This document shows positions 1 through 11,942 of a stretch of 64,000 bases of DNA, one piece after another. Numbering within the stretch: the first letter of the stretch is position 1; each line of letters starts with the position of its first letter. Both the position numbers and the translations under genes were made by a program. The notes beneath the pieces were generated by a model that ran no database searches, was not told the DNA's origin, and saw only the letters and a program-made list of their open reading frames with translations. This DNA is from an uncultured Acidobacteriota bacterium (GTDB taxonomy: Bacteria > Acidobacteriota > Thermoanaerobaculia > UBA5066 > Gp7-AA6). The stretch spans positions 911,027 through 975,026 of the forward strand of contig CAVTYD010000002.1 in NCBI GenBank assembly GCA_963738945.1, written 5' to 3'.

Positions 1-2402
<2,402 letters not shown>

Positions 2403-2451
2403 CCCGCTATCGTATTACGCCCCCACTCCTGCTGTTAACATTGGCCGGCGG

Positions 2452-3261
2452 ATGGCGTCCCACCTCTACGGATGGCTCGCGGTGGCCTGTTACGCGGCCG
2501 CGGAAGCCTCCGCGATCCGGTCCCTCCTCGCGCCGCGGGAACGATGGAGCGGACTGACGCCGCTCCTGGTCGCCGCGGGGCTGGTTCTCCAGTTCCGCGA
2601 CCTTCTCGTCCGCGCGCGGGCCCTCGGCTCCGTGCCCTACCGAACTCTCGGAGGCTCGGTCTCGCTCTTCGGCTGGATGCTCGGCATCGCGTTCCTCCTC
2701 CTGCTGATGCGCCACCGCGAGCGGGCGATCGGGCCCTTTCTCATTCCGTTCGTCGTCCTGATGACGGCGGTCGGGCTGAGTCTTCCCGATTCGACGTCGG
2801 CTCCGGCACAGGGCACGCATGGCTCGCTCTTCGCGCTGCACGTGACCCTCGCGATCCTGGCCTATGCCGCCTTCACGTTCTCGTTCGTGCTCTCGCTGCT
2901 CTACCTGGTGCAGGACCGGCAACTGCGGAGGCACCGGAACGGCATGCTCTTCGCGCGGCTGCCGGCGCTCGAGGTGATCGGGCGCCTGAACCGGACGAGC
3001 GTCACGATCGGGCTGACGACGCTGGCGGTGTCGCTGGTTCTGGGGATCCTGGAGGCGCGAGCCGTCTGGCCGAGCCTCGCCGATCCGAAGATCGTCTGGG
3101 CGCTCGTCACGGTGTTCGTCTACGGCCTGCTGCTCTGGATGGAGCGGCGCGGGTGGAAGGGGCCTCGCGTGGCGATCCTGTCGATCGTCGGCTTCGGGGT
3201 CGTGATGTTTTCCTACACGGTCGTCAACGTGTTCCTGAGCGCGGAGCACCGCTTCCGATGA
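2452..3261 (+). CDS. cytochrome c assembly (CcsA/HemX-like) integral membrane protein, first gene of the hem operon
   Basis: 269-aa polytopic membrane protein. Its stop overlaps the hemA start (ATGA). CcsA-like proteins commonly precede hemA in such operons. Confidence 0.7.
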   Translation: MASHLYGWLAVACYAAAEASAIRSLLAPRERWSGLTPLLVAAGLVLQFRDLLVRARALGSVPYRTLGGSVSLFGWMLGIAFLLLLMRHRERAIGPFLIPFVVLMTAVGLSLPDSTSAPAQGTHGSLFALHVTLAILAYAAFTFSFVLSLLYLVQDRQLRRHRNGMLFARLPALEVIGRLNRTSVTIGLTTLAVSLVLGILEARAVWPSLADPKIVWALVTVFVYGLLLWMERRGWKGPRVAILSIVGFGVVMFSYTVVNVFLSAEHRFR

Positions 3262-4517
3262 GCGGAGCGGGGGAAGCCCGGCTGCTGCTGCTCGGCTGGA
3301 ATTTCCGGACCGCCGCGCTCGCGGTGCGGGAGCGCGTGGCGTTCGCGGGAGACGACCTGCGGGAGGCGCTCTCGCGGATTCGCGGCGAGGGGCTGGTGAC
3401 CGAAACCGTCATCGTTTCGACGTGCAACCGCAGCGAGATCTACGGCGTCTCCGACGGCGATGCGACCGGCGAGAAGCTGACCCGCTTCATCTCCGAGTGG
3501 CGGGGTCTCGACCACCGGGAGGCCGTCGCGGGCAGCTTCTTTCGCGAGGGGAGCGAGGCCGCGCGCCACCTCTTCCGCGTCGCCGCCGGCCTCGAATCGC
3601 TCGCCCTCGGCGAAGGCGAGGTGCTCGGCCAGGTTCGATCGGCGCTCCGCGCGGCGCGGGAGGCCGGGACCACGCGAGCCGTGCTGCACCGCATGTTCGA
3701 GACGGCCGTCGCGGCCGGAAAGCGCGTGCGCACCGAGACCGAAATCGCCCGACACCCGCTTTCGATTCCCTCGATCGGCTTCGAGCTCGCCACGAAGGTC
3801 TTCGGCGATCTGGCGGAGCGGACCGTCCTCGTCCTCGGCGCCGGAGAGACCGGCGCTCTCTTCGCCGAGCAGGCCGCCGCCGCCGGAGTGCGGGACGTCC
3901 GGGTGGCCAACCGCGGGGCCGCGCGTTCCGAATCGCTCGGGCGCCGCCTCTCGGTCACCGCGGTGGCCTGGGAGGATCTGCCACGCGTCCTTCCGGAGGC
4001 CGACGTCGTCGTCGGCACGACCGCGAGCCCGACGCCCGTTGTGTCGAAGGCGGACCTCGAGCGCTCGATGCGGGAGAGGCGCGGGAAGCCGATGTTCCTT
4101 CTCGATCTCGCCATGCCGCGCGACTTCGAGGCGGGGGTCGGGGAGCTCTACAACGTCTACGCCTACGGGCTCGACGATCTCGGCGAAGTGGCCGAGGAAA
4201 ACCGGCACCGACGCAGCCGCGAGGTGCCGCAGGCCGAGGCCATTCTCGAAGAGGAGCTCTCGCGCTTTCTCGGATGGTTCGGGAACCTCGCCGTCGTTCC
4301 GACGCTGAACGACCTGCGCGCGCGTCTCGCGGCGCTTCGGGACGCGGAGCTCGACCGGATGCCCGCCGCCGATCGCGAGCGCTTTCGCGCCTTCGCGGAC
4401 GCGATCGCGAACAAGCTCCTCCACGAGCCGCTGCGGAGGCTGAAGTCCGAGAGCGACGCCTCGCGCAAGCTCGACCGGGTCGAGGCCGTGCGGCACCTCT
4501 TCGACCTGGACTCATGA
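3258..4517 (+). CDS. hemA: glutamyl-tRNA reductase
   Basis: Internal ATG of ORF 2472..4517. Translation MSGAGEARLLLLGWNFRTA...VIVSTCNRSEIYG carries the catalytic Cys motif, and LVLGAGETG is the NADPH-binding loop. Confidence 0.93.
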   Translation: MSGAGEARLLLLGWNFRTAALAVRERVAFAGDDLREALSRIRGEGLVTETVIVSTCNRSEIYGVSDGDATGEKLTRFISEWRGLDHREAVAGSFFREGSEAARHLFRVAAGLESLALGEGEVLGQVRSALRAAREAGTTRAVLHRMFETAVAAGKRVRTETEIARHPLSIPSIGFELATKVFGDLAERTVLVLGAGETGALFAEQAAAAGVRDVRVANRGAARSESLGRRLSVTAVAWEDLPRVLPEADVVVGTTASPTPVVSKADLERSMRERRGKPMFLLDLAMPRDFEAGVGELYNVYAYGLDDLGEVAEENRHRRSREVPQAEAILEEELSRFLGWFGNLAVVPTLNDLRARLAALRDAELDRMPAADRERFRAFADAIANKLLHEPLRRLKSESDASRKLDRVEAVRHLFDLDS

Positions 4518-5413
4518 GCCTGCGGCTCGGCGCGCGGGGGAGTGCGCTCTCCCTCGCCCAGGCCTCGATCGTGCAGAGGGCCATGGGGGGCGAGGGCGAG
4601 GTCGAGATTGTCGTCGTGCGCACGACCGGTGATCGCCTCTCGTCCGAAGGCGCGCCGATCGGCTGGAAGGGAGACTTCACGAAGGAGCTCGACGAGGCCC
4701 TGCGGGACGGCCGGATCGATCTCGCCGTCCACAGCCTCAAGGACGTCCCGTCGGCGCTGCCGGCGGAGCTGATCCTCGCGGCGGTTCCCGAACGCGAGGA
4801 CCCGCGCGACGTCCTCGTGGCCGAGCCGCGGCGGAGCTTTGCGGAGCTTCCGCGCGGAGCGCGCGTCGGCACGTCGAGCCCGCGCCGTCAGGCCCAGATT
4901 CTTGCCGTCCGGCCGGACATCGAGGTCGTCCCGGCGCGCGGAAACGTGGATACGCGGATCCGACGTCTGCGCGAGGGCCGCTTCGACGCCATCGTCCTCG
5001 CCCGCGCCGGCCTCGCGCGTCTCGGGAGGACCGAGGAGATCTCGGAGATCTTCGACGAGGACGTCCTGCTGCCGGCGGTCGGCCAGGGCGCGCTCGCCAT
5101 CGTGACGCGTCGCGACGGGAACACGGCCGCGGTCCGGCGGCTCGACCATGCCGCCTCGCACGCCGAGGCCCTCGCCGAGCGCGCGTTTCTCGTGGCCCTC
5201 GAGGCGGGATGCCGCGGCCCGGTGGCCGGGCGGGCGAAGCGCACGGAGGGCTCTCTCGAGATGCGCGGCGGGGTCTTTTCGCTCGACGGATCGCGCGCCC
5301 TGCGCGGATCGCGGGCGGGCCGCGAGGAGGATGCGGAGGCCATCGGCCGCGGCCTCGCCGCGGATCTCCTGTCCCGCGGAGCGGCGGCGCTCATCGCGGC
5401 GGCGCCGGGGTGA
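4514..5413 (+). CDS. hemC: porphobilinogen deaminase (hydroxymethylbilane synthase)
   Basis: In-frame ATG at 4514 of ORF 3422..5413. Translation [15 protein letters not shown]...[11 protein letters not shown]...[11 protein letters not shown] is typical HemC. ATGA overlap with hemA. Confidence 0.93.
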   Translation: MSLRLGARGSALSLAQASIVQRAMGGEGEVEIVVVRTTGDRLSSEGAPIGWKGDFTKELDEALRDGRIDLAVHSLKDVPSALPAELILAAVPEREDPRDVLVAEPRRSFAELPRGARVGTSSPRRQAQILAVRPDIEVVPARGNVDTRIRRLREGRFDAIVLARAGLARLGRTEEISEIFDEDVLLPAVGQGALAIVTRRDGNTAAVRRLDHAASHAEALAERAFLVALEAGCRGPVAGRAKRTEGSLEMRGGVFSLDGSRALRGSRAGREEDAEAIGRGLAADLLSRGAAALIAAAPG

Positions 5414-6150
5414 GCCTCCCTCGCGTGCTCGTCGTGCGCTCGGGAGAGGGGCCGTTCCCCTCTTCGGGAGGCGAGGCGCGCCTGGACATCGTCGAGCGCG
5501 TCAGCCACACGGTCGAGACGGTCGATCCCGGCTCGAGCGTCTCGGGTTCCTTCGGCCTGGCCGTCTTCACGAGCCGCATCGCCGTCCGCCGGGGACTGGG
5601 GGGAGCGGGAGGCGAGGCGCTGCGCCGCGCGATCGAGGCGTCGCGGATCGTCGCCGTCGGCGAGGCCACCGCGGAGGCCCTGCGCGCGCGGGGGATCGGG
5701 CCGCACCAGATCGCGGCCGGGTCGGCTCAGGCGGTGCTCGACGAGCTCCCGGAGCGCCTCGATCGGGTGAGGGTCCTCCTGCCGTGCGGAGAGGATGCGT
5801 CGCCGCATCTCTACCGGGTCCTCGCGGCCCGCGGCGCCGACGTGACGCGCTGCATCGTCTATCGCAAGATCTCCCGGCCTCCCGATCGCGACCTCGAGTC
5901 GGAGATCCTCGAACGGCCCTTCCGCGCTTTTTGTCCGACGTCCCCTGCGGCCGCCCGGTGGCTCTTCGAGAGCGCGGGAGAGCGCGGCATGGGAGCCCTG
6001 CTTTCGACGGCGGCGGTGGCCCTCGGCCCCTCGACCCGCGCGTATCTCCAGGACCGCGGCGTGTCGCGAATCGCGGTGCCGAACCGCCCCGGATTCCGCG
6101 ACGCGCTCGGGCTTCTCGCGGCGCTTGCCACGTCGCCCTTCGGGAAATAG
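5410..6150 (+). CDS. hemD: uroporphyrinogen-III synthase
   Basis: GTG at 5410 overlaps the hemC stop (GTGA). 246 aa with a HemD-like two-lobed pattern (VFTSRIAV..., [22 protein letters not shown]). Positioned between hemC and hemB. Confidence 0.75.
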   Translation: MSLPRVLVVRSGEGPFPSSGGEARLDIVERVSHTVETVDPGSSVSGSFGLAVFTSRIAVRRGLGGAGGEALRRAIEASRIVAVGEATAEALRARGIGPHQIAAGSAQAVLDELPERLDRVRVLLPCGEDASPHLYRVLAARGADVTRCIVYRKISRPPDRDLESEILERPFRAFCPTSPAAARWLFESAGERGMGALLSTAAVALGPSTRAYLQDRGVSRIAVPNRPGFRDALGLLAALATSPFGK

Positions 6151-6161
6151 GCTGCGGGGCC

Positions 6162-7145
6162 ATGGCGGCCTTTCCGGAGCTGAGACTCCGTCGATTCCGG
6201 CGCACCGCGGCCCTTCGAGGCCTGGTCCGCGAGACGCGCCTCTCGGCCGAGCAGCTGGTGGCCCCGCTTTTCGTGCGGCAGGGAAGCGGCCGGCGGGAGG
6301 CGATCTCCTCGCTGCCCGGCGTCGATCGGCTGTCCCCGGACGAGGTCGACGCGGAGGCCGAGCGGCTCCGCGCCCTCGGGGTGAACGCCGTCATCCTCTT
6401 CGGAATCCCGGAGCGAAAGGACGAGACGGGAAGCGAGGCCTGGAACGACGAGGCGGCCCTCCAGGAGGCGATCCGCCGCGTGAAGCGCCGCGTGCCCGGG
6501 ATGGCCGTGATCACGGACGTCTGCCTCGACGAGTACACGTCCCACGGCCACTGCGGGGTCGTGAAGGACGGCGACGTGGACAATGACGCGACCCTTCCGC
6601 TTCTCGCGCGCACGGCCGTCTCGCACGCGCGGGCCGGGGCCGACGTGGTGGCCCCCTCCGACATGATGGACGGGCGCGTCGCGGCGATCCGCCGCGAGCT
6701 GGACGGTCAGGGCCTCTCCGCGGTCGCGATCCTCGCGTATGCGGCAAAGGCCGCATCCGCGTACTACGGTCCGTTCCGCGAGGCCGCGGATTCGGCGCCG
6801 AAGTTCGGCGATCGCCGGGGCTATCAGATGGACGGCGCGAATCGCCGCGAGGCGATGCGGGAGATCGCGCTGGACGTCGAGGAGGGAGCCGACGCGGTGA
6901 TGGTCAAGCCCGCGCTCGCCTATCTCGACGTCCTCCGCGATGCCCGCGAGCGCTTCGATCTGCCGATTGCCGCCTACAACGTCTCCGGCGAGTACGCCAT
7001 GGTCAAGGCGGCGGCGGCGAACGGCTGGATCGACGAGAAGCGGATCGTCCTCGAAACCCTGACCTCCATCGTGCGGGCGGGAGCCGATTTCGTCCTGACC
7101 TACCACGCCGCCGACGCCGCACGCTGGTTGAAGGAAGGGGCCTAG
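6162..7145 (+). CDS. hemB: porphobilinogen synthase (delta-aminolevulinate dehydratase)
   Basis: In-frame ATG at 6162 of ORF 5148..7145. Motifs [21 protein letters not shown] (Schiff-base Lys region) and YNVSGEYAM. Confidence 0.95.
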   Translation: MAAFPELRLRRFRRTAALRGLVRETRLSAEQLVAPLFVRQGSGRREAISSLPGVDRLSPDEVDAEAERLRALGVNAVILFGIPERKDETGSEAWNDEAALQEAIRRVKRRVPGMAVITDVCLDEYTSHGHCGVVKDGDVDNDATLPLLARTAVSHARAGADVVAPSDMMDGRVAAIRRELDGQGLSAVAILAYAAKAASAYYGPFREAADSAPKFGDRRGYQMDGANRREAMREIALDVEEGADAVMVKPALAYLDVLRDARERFDLPIAAYNVSGEYAMVKAAAANGWIDEKRIVLETLTSIVRAGADFVLTYHAADAARWLKEGA

Positions 7146-7152
7146 GCTTCGG

Positions 7153-8508
7153 GTGAAGGCCTCGAAGGCGGCCGGCAAGCCCCGAAACACGAAGCCCGGT
7201 ACCCGGAACTCGAGCCGGCTCTTCCGGCGCGCGCAAGCCGTGATGCCGGGAGGCGTGAGCTCGCCGGTGAGGTCCTTCGCGTCGGTCGGCGGCGAGCCGT
7301 TCTTCGTCGCCTCCGCGCGGGGAGCCCGCGTTCGCGATGCCGACGGACGCTCGTACATCGACTACGTCGGTTCCTACGGCCCGCATTTGTTCGGCCACGG
7401 TCCGCCGTTCGTTCGGCGCGCGCTCGCTCGGGCCTCGAGGCGCGGGACTTCGTTCGGCGCGCCGACGGAGCTCGAGGTCCGCCTCGCCGAGAGGGTGGCG
7501 AGCCTCGTTCCCTCGATCGAGATGGTGCGCTTCGTCAACTCCGGGACCGAGGCGACGATGAGCGCCGCGCGCCTCGCCCGCGCGGCGACGGGCCGCTCGC
7601 GGCTCGTCAAGATGGAGGGCGGGTACCACGGCCACGGCGACTCCTTTCTCGCGGCCGCGGGGTCGGGCGTCGCGACGCTCGGCATCGCCGGCAGCCCGGG
7701 CGTTCCCGCGGAGCTCGCGGCTCTGACGACCGTCGTCCCGTACAACGACGTGCCGGCGCTCGAGGCGGCGTTCGAGCGGTTTCCCGGCCAGATCGCGGCG
7801 GTGTTTCTCGAACCGGTCGCCGCCAACATGGGGCTCGTCCTTCCGAAGGACGGGTACCTCGAGCAGGTCCGCCGCCTGGCCTCGGCGCACGGCGCCCTCC
7901 TCGTCTTCGACGAAGTGATCTCCGGCTTTCGCCTCGCGGCGGGAGGAGCGCAGGAGACTTTCGGCGTCACTCCGGACCTCACGACGCTCGGCAAGATCCT
8001 CGGCGGCGGACTGCCGATCGGCGCCTACGGCGGCTGCCGGGATCTCATGGAGCGCATGGCTCCCGTCGGACCGGTCTATCAGGCCGGCACGCTCTCGGGA
8101 AACCCGCTCGCGACCTCGGCCGGCCTCGCGATGCTCGAAGAGATCCGGGCTCGCCCGCCGTACGCGCTGCTCGAGAAGCGAGGCGCCCTGCTCGAATCGC
8201 TCCTGGCGCAGGAGATCCTGCGGCGCGGGCTCTCGGACCGCCTCTGCCTGACGCGCGCGGGCTCGCTGCTGACGCTCTTCTTCGCGCCGGGCCCGATCGA
8301 GAGCTTCACCGACGCGAAAAGGAGCGACACGCGACGCTACGCCGTCTTCTTTCACGCCATGCGGGAGCGCGGCATCTTTCTTCCTCCGGCGCAGTTCGAG
8401 GCGTGGTTCGTCTCGACCGCGCACGGCGAGGCCGATCTGCGCCGGACGGCGCGGGCGGCCGGGGAGAGCCTCGAGGCCGCGTTCGGCTCGCCGGAAGCCG
8501 CCGGCTAG
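7153..8508 (+). CDS. hemL: glutamate-1-semialdehyde 2,1-aminomutase
   Basis: ORF 7153..8508. Motifs MPGGVSSPVRSF, VNSGTEATM, FDEVISGFR and TLGKILGGGLP (PLP lysine). Confidence 0.95.
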   Translation: MKASKAAGKPRNTKPGTRNSSRLFRRAQAVMPGGVSSPVRSFASVGGEPFFVASARGARVRDADGRSYIDYVGSYGPHLFGHGPPFVRRALARASRRGTSFGAPTELEVRLAERVASLVPSIEMVRFVNSGTEATMSAARLARAATGRSRLVKMEGGYHGHGDSFLAAAGSGVATLGIAGSPGVPAELAALTTVVPYNDVPALEAAFERFPGQIAAVFLEPVAANMGLVLPKDGYLEQVRRLASAHGALLVFDEVISGFRLAAGGAQETFGVTPDLTTLGKILGGGLPIGAYGGCRDLMERMAPVGPVYQAGTLSGNPLATSAGLAMLEEIRARPPYALLEKRGALLESLLAQEILRRGLSDRLCLTRAGSLLTLFFAPGPIESFTDAKRSDTRRYAVFFHAMRERGIFLPPAQFEAWFVSTAHGEADLRRTARAAGESLEAAFGSPEAAG

Positions 8509-8566
8509 CGGCCGGCCCGTCTTCTATCCTCGACCCGGAAACTCTGGTAGCCTCGCGCCGCCCATC

Positions 8567-9877
8567 ATGAGCTCGACCGCCGCCGCCTCCCCGGGGCACG
8601 GCTCCGCGCCGGGCCGCCATCCTCGCGGTCTCTATGTCCTCTTCGCGACCGAGATGTGGGAGCGGTTCAGCTTCTACACGATGCTGGCGCTCTTCACGCT
8701 CTATCTCCAGGACAAGGCGGAGGGATTCGGCTGGACGGCGGCGCAGGCGACGACGCTGCGCGCAAACTACCTGGGCGCCGTCTTCTTCAGCCCGATCATC
8801 GGCGGCTGGCTCGCGGATCGCTTCCTCGGGTACCGGCGGGCGGCCATGATCGGCGGCGTCTTCTTCATCGTGGGCCACGTGCTGCTCGCATTTCCCTCGA
8901 TTGAGGTCGTGTACGCCGCCCTGGTCTGTCTCGTCATCGGCAACGGACTCTTCAAGCCGAACGTCTCCACGATCGTCGGAAACCTCTACCCCAAGGGCAG
9001 CCACCTGCGCGACCGCGCCTACAACATCTTTTACATGGGCATCAACCTCGGCGCGACGCTCGGCCCCATCGTGGTCGAATTCGTCCACGCGAAGTACGGC
9101 TTTCATCCCGCCTTCGCGGTAGCGGCCGGTGGAATGCTGATCTCCGTGCTGACCATGGTCGTCTTCCGGAAGGACATCGAACCCGGTGACCGCCTTCCGG
9201 GAGGGGCGAAGGAGGACGTCGAAGACTCCGGTCCGCCGACCGCCATCGACGCCGTACCCGAGGGCAAGCGGATCGGGGCGCTCATCGTGATCTACGTCGT
9301 GTCGGTCGTCTTCTGGATGCTCTTCTTCCAGAACGGCTCGACGCTGACGTATTTCGCGAACGACAACACGGCCTGGAGCTTCTCCGGGATCATCTCGAAT
9401 GCGATCGAGCCGTTTTTCGTGATCGCGTTCAGCCTTCCGCTCGTCCTGCTCTGGAAGGCCCTCGATCGACGGGGCCTGGAGCCGGCCACGACGACGAAGA
9501 TCGTCGTCGGGATGTTCCTGATGGCCCTCGCTTACTTCGTGATGTTCTTCGCCGGGAGGGCGGGCGGGGACACGGGGAAGGTTTCTCCGGCGTGGCTCGT
9601 CGGGTGCTATGCCCTGATGGGGCTGGCGGAGATCACGCTGTCGCCGATGGCCCTCTCGCTCGTTTCGAAAGTCGCGCCCGCGCGCGTCCGCGGGTTGATG
9701 ATGGGTCTCTGGTTCGTCGCCACGGGCCTCGGCGGCAAGCTCACGCAGATCGGCGTCTACTGGACGGAATGGAAGCATTCGACCTTTTTCGGCGTGCTCG
9801 CCGCGATGTCGCTCGCGACGGGGATCCTGCTGGTCGCTGTGTTGCGGCCCATGAAGCGCGCCCTGCCCGGCGTCTGA
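8567..9877 (+). CDS. POT/PTR2 family di-/tripeptide:proton symporter
   Basis: ORF 8567..9877. PTR2 signature EMWERFSFYTM near the N-terminus and about 12 TM segments. Confidence 0.88.
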   Translation: MSSTAAASPGHGSAPGRHPRGLYVLFATEMWERFSFYTMLALFTLYLQDKAEGFGWTAAQATTLRANYLGAVFFSPIIGGWLADRFLGYRRAAMIGGVFFIVGHVLLAFPSIEVVYAALVCLVIGNGLFKPNVSTIVGNLYPKGSHLRDRAYNIFYMGINLGATLGPIVVEFVHAKYGFHPAFAVAAGGMLISVLTMVVFRKDIEPGDRLPGGAKEDVEDSGPPTAIDAVPEGKRIGALIVIYVVSVVFWMLFFQNGSTLTYFANDNTAWSFSGIISNAIEPFFVIAFSLPLVLLWKALDRRGLEPATTTKIVVGMFLMALAYFVMFFAGRAGGDTGKVSPAWLVGCYALMGLAEITLSPMALSLVSKVAPARVRGLMMGLWFVATGLGGKLTQIGVYWTEWKHSTFFGVLAAMSLATGILLVAVLRPMKRALPGV

Positions 9878-10758
9878 GGCGGGCCATCGGCCGGGGTGCG
9901 GCGCTGCTGGCGGCCGCGTGGACGCTGGCCGGCCTCGCGCCCGTGCCGACGCCCGACGCGCTGACCGCGCTCCGGGCGGCCCTCGATGCCGGGGACCTTC
10001 CGCGGGCCGTCCGCGAGGGCGAGGCGGCGGTCGCCGCGGACCCGACGAGCGCGGAGGCGCACGATCTCCTCGGCCGCGCGTACGGCTTGACGGCCCGGGA
10101 TGCCCCGCTGCTCGAGCAGATGCACCTGGCGCGCAAGGCGCGGGCGGGCTTCGCGCGGGCCGTCGAGCTCGATCCGGAGAATGTCGCGGCCCTCTCGGAT
10201 CTGGCGCGCTACGACATGCGCGCGCCGGCGCTGCTCGGCGGGGGAAAGAAGAAGGCGCGCGAGATCATCGAGCGCGTGCTGGTCCTCGACCCGGAGCGGG
10301 GGCACGTGCTGCGGGGTGAGCTCGCCGAGCAGGAGCGCAACCTGCCGGAGGCGGAGGCCGAGTTCCGCCAGGCCGCGGCCGCCGCGCCGGAGGGGGAGAG
10401 AGGCCGATCGGCGCTCTCCGACTTTCTCGTCTCTCGAAAGAGGTACGGCGAGGCCCGCGGAATCTGGATCCAGCCGAAGGGACGGGCCGGTCCGGACGGC
10501 CTCGCCGAGTTCGAGCTCGCGGGCATCGCGCTCGCGTCGGGCGAGGAAATGGAGGCCGCGGTCAAGGGGCTCGAGGAGGCGCTGGCGAGGCCGGCCGTCC
10601 CGGACGGTCCGCCGCCCGCCCTGATCCACGAGCGGCTCTCCCTCCTCTACGAGCGGCTCGGAAGGAGCCGCGAGGCCGCGAGCGAGCTCCAGGCGGCCCT
10701 GAGCCTCGAGCCGGGGCGGGCGGAGTGGCGTCGGCGGCTGACCCGGCTCGAGCGATGA
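9874..10758 (+). CDS. secreted TPR-like repeat protein (start uncertain, possibly CTG)
   Basis: 3-prime part of ORF 9592..10758. Signal-peptide-like RRAIGRGAALLAAAWTLAGLAP begins immediately after the POT stop. No ATG/GTG/TTG is available there; CTG at 9874 overlaps the TGA as CTGA. Helical repeat content follows. Confidence 0.5.
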   Translation: MRRAIGRGAALLAAAWTLAGLAPVPTPDALTALRAALDAGDLPRAVREGEAAVAADPTSAEAHDLLGRAYGLTARDAPLLEQMHLARKARAGFARAVELDPENVAALSDLARYDMRAPALLGGGKKKAREIIERVLVLDPERGHVLRGELAEQERNLPEAEAEFRQAAAAAPEGERGRSALSDFLVSRKRYGEARGIWIQPKGRAGPDGLAEFELAGIALASGEEMEAAVKGLEEALARPAVPDGPPPALIHERLSLLYERLGRSREAASELQAALSLEPGRAEWRRRLTRLER

Positions 10759-11942
10759 GCGCGGCCGAGCCGCCGCGCGGCGATCCCTCGCATCCCGGCT
10801 GGACGGACCGGCGCGCGGGTCCGATCCTGGAGCTCGACGGCGTGAGGGGCCTGGCGATCCTGCTCGTGATGCTGTTTCACTTCCAGGGAACACGGCCGCA
10901 CCTGATTCCGAAGGCGCTGACCTATCCGATGCTGCTCGGCTGGTCGGGCGTGGATCTCTTTTTCGTCCTGTCGGGTTTCCTGATCACGGGCATCCTGATC
11001 GAGACCCGCCGCGCCGACAACTACTTCTCCTCGTTCTACGCGCGGCGAGTCCTGCGCATCGTTCCGTTGTACCTGCTGGCCGTGTTTCTCTGCTTCCGCG
11101 TCGCGCTTCCTCTGGCCCGATCGCGGGGATACGACCTGGATCCCGGCGGCGCTCTCGAGCCGTGGTACTGGCTCCACGCATCCAACTGGAAGTCGGCCTT
11201 CGGCGCGGACGTCCGGCCCCTGTCGCACTTCTGGTCGCTCTCGATCGAAGAGCAGTTCTATCTGGTGTGGCCGGCCTTCGTCCTTTGGGTGCCTCCGAAG
11301 CGGCTCGGCGCCGCGTGCGCACTGCTCGCGGCCGCGGCGTGCGGCCTGCGCTGGTTCGCGGCCGCGCACGGCGCCCCCCCGGAGGCCCTCCACCGCCTCA
11401 CGATCTTTCGGATCGATTCGCTCGCGCTGGGGGGCTTCGTCGCGGTGCTGGTCCGGCAGCCCCGCTGGCGCCGGGCGCTGCGGCGCCGGCTGAAGCCGGT
11501 CGTTCTCGCCATCTCCGCGGTCCTCGTCGCGCTGCTCGTGCTCGGGCGCGGCGCGACCTCGCCGCCCATGACGCGCTTCGGCTATTCGGCGTTCGGGCTC
11601 CTCTACGCCTGCCTCGTCTTCGCCGCCTTCGACCGCGCCGGCTCGGGCGCGTGGCTGGCGGTGCAGCTTCGGCGCCGTCCGCTGCGTGCCTTCGGCCGAT
11701 ACAGCTACGCGATGTACGTCTTTCACTATCCGATCTCGCTCTACCAGGCCGGATTCTTCGAGCAGTGGGCGCGGGGAGCGTCGGATGCGGCGCTCGCGGC
11801 CATCTGGCTCGCGTCGGTCGGCTTCGGCATCCTGGGGTCCTTCGCCGTGGGCCTGGTCTCGTGGAACCTCGTGGAGAAGCACTTTCTCGAGCTCAAGAAG
11901 TACTTTGCCGCCCGCGCGGCGCCGTCGCCCGTGATCCCGTGA
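10755..11942 (+). CDS. acyltransferase 3 family membrane O-acyltransferase
   Basis: ATG at 10755 (ATGA overlap). Translation LDGVRGLAILLVMLFH...GVDLFFVLSGFLIT...RRVLRIVPLY is typical of the acyltransferase_3/OafA family. Confidence 0.85.
   Translation: MSAAEPPRGDPSHPGWTDRRAGPILELDGVRGLAILLVMLFHFQGTRPHLIPKALTYPMLLGWSGVDLFFVLSGFLITGILIETRRADNYFSSFYARRVLRIVPLYLLAVFLCFRVALPLARSRGYDLDPGGALEPWYWLHASNWKSAFGADVRPLSHFWSLSIEEQFYLVWPAFVLWVPPKRLGAACALLAAAACGLRWFAAAHGAPPEALHRLTIFRIDSLALGGFVAVLVRQPRWRRALRRRLKPVVLAISAVLVALLVLGRGATSPPMTRFGYSAFGLLYACLVFAAFDRAGSGAWLAVQLRRRPLRAFGRYSYAMYVFHYPISLYQAGFFEQWARGASDAALAAIWLASVGFGILGSFAVGLVSWNLVEKHFLELKKYFAARAAPSPVIP

Noticed and set aside
2472-7145. Very long listed ORFs (2472..4517, 3422..5413, 5209..6150, 5148..7145) suggesting 600-680-aa fusion proteins
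   Set aside because: The N-terminal parts are out-of-frame read-through of the preceding gene and are Arg/Pro-rich. The true hemA, hemC, hemD and hemB start at internal ATG or GTG codons in NTGA overlaps. The same trimming logic was applied to 11162..13441, 20016..23942, 27019..30375, 31373..33025, 33173..35056, 39589..41586, 41738..42796, 47156..48400 and 52937..57259.
8500-8516. Hairpin GCCGGC-tagcg-GCCGGC spanning the hemL stop as a terminator
   Set aside because: The stem is only 6 bp, it includes the stop codon, and it is followed by CCGTCTTCTAT rather than a clean T-run. A terminator is possible but not supportable.
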